Assembly (NCBI RefSeq): GCF_036321535.1 | Contig: NC_087436.1 | Location: 34,226,001 to 34,286,000, forward strand | From: Camelus dromedarius | Taxonomy: Eukaryota | Direction of reading: 5' to 3' | Length of the DNA: 60,000 nucleotides | Part shown: piece after piece, positions 54,190 to 60,000 of the stretch | Numbering within the stretch: position 1 is the first letter of the stretch | Layout of the letters: each line of letters begins with the position of its first letter | Position numbers and translations under genes: made by a program | Notes under the pieces: generated by a model | Database searches by the model: none | Seen by the model: the letters and a program-made list of their open reading frames with translations, nothing else | What the model was told of the DNA's origin: nothing

Positions 54190-54706
54190 AGTGCAGTATA
54201 CAGATTGCAAGGATTAGAAACCAGGATTGGGGAAGCAAGTTAATTTTTATTATAATAGTTCAGGCATGATGTAATTATGGACTGAACAAGGACCTTGGCA
54301 GGAAAAATGCACAGGAGAAAATGAGTGCCAGAGGCACTAGTAAAGAAGAAACATGAGAACTTGTCCACTGATTGAGTAAGCGGGAGAGGATGACCCTCAG
54401 CCATCAAGATGGGAGGATGAAGACAGTAAGGCAGCATCATTAAAAGAGAGAAGAATGCCAAGACGAGAAATAGAGAAGGTTAGGGGTTTCTGACATGTTG
54501 TGCTTCTGATTCCAGCAGAACCTGTAGGTAGAGGCATCTCCTAGAGAGTTATAAAAATGAATCGGAATCTCTGGGATGGAGGCAGAGGTGATTGTTCAGA
54601 TTTAGAGGTTTTCTGCGTAGTCTTCTGTGTAAGTTTTTTATAGGGCTGCAGCCAGGGAAATAAATTCTTCCTCCCTCCCTCCCTCTCTCCCTCTCTCTCT
54701 CTCTGA

Positions 54707-54759
<53 letters not shown>

Positions 54760-55160
54760 GAATAAAGAAAGGAAAGAAAGGATTGAGACACATGGTGTGG
54801 GGAATGTCCAAATTACTTTGATGAGAGAGAAAGAGGGGATATAGAAGGCAAATTGGAAGGTGTTGTCAGAGACGCAGGGCAAGAAGTAAGAAATAACATT
54901 TACACAGGTGTTGAGGAGAAAAAAATATGCCAAGAGGAAAGGATGACCTGTGGTGCAAATATTACAAAAGGTAAAGGAGAATAAAGACTCAGAAATCACC
55001 AGACTTGATAAATTTCAGCAGAACCTTTGGATAGTCTTTTTTGGCAAAGCAATAGAAGAGAAAATTTGATTGAGAGATTTTCATGAATAAATGCCCAGAA
55101 AAAACTTTGAGGTAGTAACCCACCCTCTCAAGAATGTGGTGTAAAATGCTGTGAGCAAAA
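54190..55160 (-). mobile_element. LINE-2 fragment (degraded), interrupted by a microsatellite
   Basis: tattataatagttcaggcatgatgtaattatggactgaacaagg and purine-rich reverse L2-like text; boundaries uncertain. Confidence 0.5.
54668..54756. repeat. (CCCT)n(CT)n(CA)n compound microsatellite
   Basis: Directly visible. Confidence 0.95.
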
Positions 55161-57019
55161 ATGGCAATGCTAAAGAACACTAGAATCATTAATTTAGTAC
55201 ACTTATTTAGGTGCCAGTCATTATTATGCTACAGACATTTTTCAAGGACGAATATATTAGGAATAAAATAGACATTAGGATGACAAAAAGAAAAAAACTA
55301 ACATAAATTTAGTGACTTTCATGTCCCAATAAAGTGTTAGAGACATTTACGCATATTAACTGGTTCCATATACACTACTTGGCACATAGTAGGTGGTCAA
55401 CATGTATTTAATTCACAAATTGCAAAGTAGCCATTCTTAACTCCACTTTTACTGATGGACATACTGAGGCTTAGAGACACTAACATATTTTTCTAAGTCA
55501 TGTAAGCAAGTAAAGGAACCAGAACTCAGTGCCAGATATTCAGAGCATTTCTGTAGGGACAAGGATATGATCCAGAGAAGAGAGATTACTTGAAGATCCA
55601 GAGAGAAATGCAGTACTCGTTGAATTAAAAATCTGAATAAAATTGAATGGGGTGGGATTAAGAGCACAGAGTAAGGGATTTACCTTTGAAAGTTGGCCCT
55701 GTCAACATAGTCATGTGACTTTCCCCACTGTTATGACACAAAGGAATTAAAAGTGAGATTTGCATGGAGATTTTACCAGTTGGGAGAAAAAAGGAATACA
55801 AAAGCTAAATTCTGAAATGGGTATTTGGGAAGCAAAGATATAAATCAGATAAAGACTAGGAATCAATGCAGGCTGGTTTACCAGAGAGGAAAACACTAAA
55901 AGTGATGGGAAGTATAAAACTCAAAATTTGTACACCATCCATAAAAACGTTTAACTTGATAAGTTGGGTAGAAAGAAAAATATAAATAAATATTTGTTGG
56001 GTAGCTGCTGTGCAAAAGATCATGTTAGACCATATGGGAAAATTATGTCACATAAAGGGCTGTGCTATATAAGAGCCCATCAGTAGTTGGGTAAGCATCT
56101 TATACGTGCAATACTTACGCAGGCAATAGAAAAATCGATACACAATAGCTCTGTTAACCAGAGAAGAAAATGAGGTTCCACGAATAGGAAGGAGTGATTA
56201 ACATCTAAAATATATATTCCATTAAAAACATATCAGGCCAGAGTAAATAAAGTTTAGGTTGGCATAATTACTTATTATTCTGTGAAAATATTTTTTATTT
56301 AAGTTGTAATAATTGCCTAGGTTAATTTAAAAGTGAAGATAATATTTTTACAAGATAAAAATCGCGTCAGTTTTTGTTTTAGCTGACTATATGACAGCAG
56401 TCATTTGAAGACTTTTCACAGACTGGTTTCAGAGATTCCAAGAATTGTAAAAGTATGAAATTAATTCTCTGATATTAAAGGAAGAAGAAAATCCAACCAG
56501 TCAACCAAACTACCAAAATACATACTATCAAATCAAAACAAGCTCATCAGATCTACAAGTACAACCCTGTGAAGCATTCTGAAAATGTGAACACAGACTA
56601 ACTTTACATTGATCACTTTTGCTCACGAACATAGGAGAACATTGAGCAGTAAAACTCCAACATGCACTAGGAGAAAACACCAGCATGGCATTTCATTCTA
56701 ACATCTGGAGGGACGGATCAATCTTGTGATCCTGCAGCTTCACATGCAGGAATAAAGACATCTCAGATGAGAGTACATACGTCCTGCTACTGACTGGCAA
56801 TATTCTACACGCTGTGTTTAGAGGAAGACTCCTCTGCATGGAAGACAGAGATTTTATTATATTATAACACTCCAGTGGACAGGACATCTCTTCCAAAATG
56901 ATTATTAGAAACTTACTGAGTACTAACAGGAAGAGGGCAAAGGGCTTTGCATGGATCAGGACAGCATGAGTTGGTGGGAGTTGAGCATTTTGTTGTTGTT
57001 CTAGGCTTTATTCTAACTA

Positions 57020-57215
57020 GCTCACCTAAGTATCTAATTTTTCCTCATAATAACTCTACAACGTCAGTTTTACCAGTAGTATACCTATTCCATTGGTAAG
57101 AAAAATGATGCCCAGAAACGTTAAATAAGTAGTCCTGCCCTGTGATTAGTTGGTAATAGTAGAATCAGGATTTAATTCTACACAGCCTGATTCCCAACGC
57201 TGTGCTCTTAAAATT
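57020..57215 (-). mobile_element. MIR SINE
   Basis: tttcctcataataactcta...gtagaatcaggatttaattctacacagcctgattcccaacgctgtgctcttaa. Confidence 0.65.
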
Positions 57216-58070
57216 AAACTGATGACTAGTTCTTAGGACATGGATCCCATAATTTCTGCGCTTTCGTTTAGGACAAGTAAACTGAAGTGGTATTTCTTGG
57301 CCCTTTGAGGCTCATATCAGGAAAAAGTTAAGTTGAAGTTGCCTCTCTCTTCCTGGGTGGTACCAAGCACAGGGACCCAAACAAGTATATAGCTCTGACC
57401 ATGGGCAGAAATTTTGCCAATTCCAAATGATTGTATTTAGTTTATAGTCATTTATCTACATCAAAAAGAAGGCAGGCTCAAAGAAAGTGGGAACCTCATC
57501 TTGTTCATCACTGTTATTCCTACTAGCAACTCAGTGAATGCTGAAAAATACCTGGAGTCCTCCTACCCAACTCAGTGATCTCTGCCAGCAGGAAGAGACT
57601 AATTAATGACAGTTTCCCAGAATGACTTTTTAAATAGGGAATTAGTAATAAATGAAACAAATCATTAACCAAATCATCACTATATCAATATGCATAGGCC
57701 ACCCCTGACCAAGAATTCCTCTGAGCTCTCAAATTCCCTCTTCTGACCCATTACTTTTATAGCCATCTAACCCACTCTAATTTACCTAATATCAGTGTAT
57801 AGAAGGTAGGGCTGATGTAAGGGGGTAAAAATGTTTATGTCTTTGAGACTTTTTTTTTTTTGGAAAATTTGGAAATCTTCATTCCCTAAAATTTGGAATT
57901 GGTATAGAATAAGGAGACACAGCTAGATCAACCAAATGTTACAACCCAATTGCTTTCACACTCTCTCTGAATAAGGTGCCATACTGTCCTCCCCAACTTT
58001 GAAAGGATTTAAGTAGAGTAAAATAAACTATTTTAAACTTAGAAGGTACAAGCGTTCTTACTGGGGTTAT

Positions 58071-58615
58071 TGTGGGTTAAAAACTCTTTGACACTCCTCC
58101 CATCGAGATATGATGTCTATTTCTCCTCCCAGTGAATCTGAACTGACCATGGCTGCTTCGACAAAGTACTTGGAAGTGATGCTATGCCACTTCCAGGTCT
58201 GTAAGAGCATTAGCAGCTTTTACCTGGGGTCCTCAGAACCCGAAATACTATGTAGAAGTCCAACTACTCTGCTGAAGAACCACACTGAGAAGTCCTGGGA
58301 CCACAAGATCAGAGACAGGGGTCCAACTGAACTTAACCTTACAACCATTCCCACCAAGGCACAGGTGTGTGAGAGAGGACATCTTGGACCCTCCAGACCA
58401 TCCGTCCACGTAAATACCACTAAAAGACACTAGTCAACCACATAAAACAGAAGAATCTCCCACTGACCCTTGAGCTAATTTCTGATCTATGAAATAATGA
58501 GATATAATAAAAATATAAATAAAATTAATAAATAAGGAAATTTTAGAACAATAAATAAAATCATTGTTATTGCAATCCTCATTTTAGGCATAGTTGATTA
58601 TTCAGCAATAACTGA
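58071..58615 (+). mobile_element. MLT1 (MaLR) solo LTR, MLT1G/H-like
   Basis: aactctttgacactcctcccatcgag...gaagtgatgctatgccacttccagg...agaagtccaactactctg...gagatataataaa...ttattcagcaataactga. Confidence 0.75.
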
Positions 58616-58733
58616 GGGGCTATGTGTTCATATTAGGGAACCTCTAATGAAATTAAGCATTACATGCCTGTAGTGCAAAGACTAACATTTAATGAGAAAA
58701 ATAATCAAAATTTCAAAAGGAAAATGTACTGAC

Positions 58734-58914
58734 CTGATAACTGCATTTGTTGAAGCATCAGCATCTGAAGCATTTACCAACAAAACATCTGTCCCAGTTG
58801 GTGAATCTTCAGGGATTGTTGTGAAGTACATTTTACTGGCAAAAGTGGGGACGTTGTCATTGACATCATCTACTATGACATTGATTGTTCCAGTTCCAGT
58901 CAGGGCAGGGGATC
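58734..58914 (-). CDS. FAT4: FAT4 coding exon, 181 nt (approx. exon 8), cadherin repeat
   Basis: ttctag|GATCC acceptor and ATCAG|gtcagt donor; translates SPALTGTGTINVIVDDVNDNVPTFASKMYFTTIPEDSPTGTDVLLVNASDADASTNAVI with DxNDN and AxDxD cadherin motifs. Not in the ORF track. Confidence 0.95.
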
Positions 58915-58970
58915 CTAGAAGGAAGAGAAAATCAAGTCTTCATGTTCATAAATAACAAAAACAATAGCAA

Positions 58971-59216
58971 TTTTTGAAATTGAAGTGTAGTCAGTGACAA
59001 TGTGTCAGTTTCTGATGTACAGCATAATGTCCCAGGCATGCAAATATATATATATATATATATATACATATATTAGTTTTCATATTCTTTTCCATTAAAG
59101 GTTGTTATAAGATATTGAATACAGTTCCTTATGTTATACAGGAGAAATTTGTTTTTTATCTATTTTTATATATAGTGGTTAACCTTTGCAAATCTCCAAC
59201 TCCCAAATGTATCCCT
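58971..59216 (-). mobile_element. Short LINE-1 3'-end insertion with an internal (TA)n
   Basis: attgaagtgtagtcagtgacaatgtgtcagtttctgatgtacagcataatg...cattaaaggttgttataagatattgaatacagttcc is a reverse L1 terminus; flanked by aatagcaa at 58963-58970 and 59217-59224 (TSD). Confidence 0.8.
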
Positions 59217-60000
59217 AATAGCAAATTTAAAAACTAGCTGTAGGCAAAACAACTGAAGAGAATTTAGAAAACATTCCAAAGTAAAATTTGTGAACACATA
59301 GACAAGTGATTGAATGATTTTTAGCTTTGCTCAAAAAAAAAAAATGTTTTATTTAGGAACTAGTATTTCAACTCTTTCCTAGTGACCTGCACAAAAGGAG
59401 TACGTCAGCCTCTTGTTCTATTTTAAGGGTGCCGATCCGGCAACGTAGAACACAACAATATCATTTAAATGTCACAAAAGAGGCACTGTTCGTTTCTCTG
59501 AAATTACAGTAAAATAGCTCGCGCCAGATGTGGAGAATACCCCCGGGCCCAGAATCGCTGGCCCGCTGACCCAGCAGAGGGAGAAACTGCCCTCCTAGAT
59601 GCGACTGTCAATGCTGTTATCAAAAAAATTCAACGGGGCTTTTGAGGACTTTAAACCCCCTTTTCTGTACTAACCAAAATTTGTTTGTAGGAAAAAAAAA
59701 AAAAAAAGGAAAGCTTCAAGTGAATGTCAAAACTGTAATCTCCTACTTGCTGCAAACGTTACAGTGATGAGCTGACTGGGGATCATTTTTGTTGCATTTA
59801 TTTAATATTTCTTATACATGTGAGATAATTCATCTTTATGTCCTGTTCCAGTTCCGTTATCAACATATAGTGAAAATCCAGCATTTAACTAAACCTTGGA
59901 GTACACTGTCTGCACTGCACAAGGTTAGCAGACTCTTTGTGGTGGAGGTTAGACGGCACGTTTGATTAGATTCTGCGGGTTGTCCTACAAGTAAATGGCA

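Noticed and set aside
54541..54999. 152-aa hydrophobic ORF with CVCVCV run (similarly 39240..39656, 14711..15016, 27135..27365)
   Set aside because: Artefacts of microsatellite and low-complexity sequence.
1..60000. CRISPR array, prokaryotic operon or a novel multi-gene system
   Set aside because: Eukaryotic intron-exon locus explained by FAT4 plus common repeats; no repeat-spacer array or unexplained long ORF was seen.

Overview
Mammalian genomic DNA, AT-rich and mostly intronic, carrying the 3' part of the giant atypical cadherin gene FAT4 on the minus strand. Eleven coding exons were rebuilt from canonical GT-AG sites with consistent reading phase (181, 251, 4350, 105, 308, 86, 180, 125, 218, 262 nt plus a 1865-nt terminal CDS segment; 7931 coding nt). 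They encode the later cadherin repeats, EGF-like and laminin-G domains, the transmembrane helix and a cytoplasmic tail ending EQYV. A ~1.2-1.3 kb 3'UTR follows, then ~6.9 kb of downstream sequence; the 5' part of the gene lies beyond position 60000. Introns hold ordinary eutherian repeats (L1, L2, MIR, MER20, MER58A, MLT1, ERVL-type LTR, microsatellites) and a tRNA-derived SINE resembling camelid Vic-1, which suggests a camel/alpaca genome. I found no credible new biological system. The observations worth a second look are small: a tandem splice acceptor, a 9-bp duplication of the stop codon, miRNA seed clusters, tandem poly(A) signals, a polyadenylated LTR retrocopy and locally CpG-rich exon segments. 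Exon numbers follow my recollection of the human gene and repeat family names come from recalled consensus sequences; neither was verified by search, and old-repeat boundaries are approximate.
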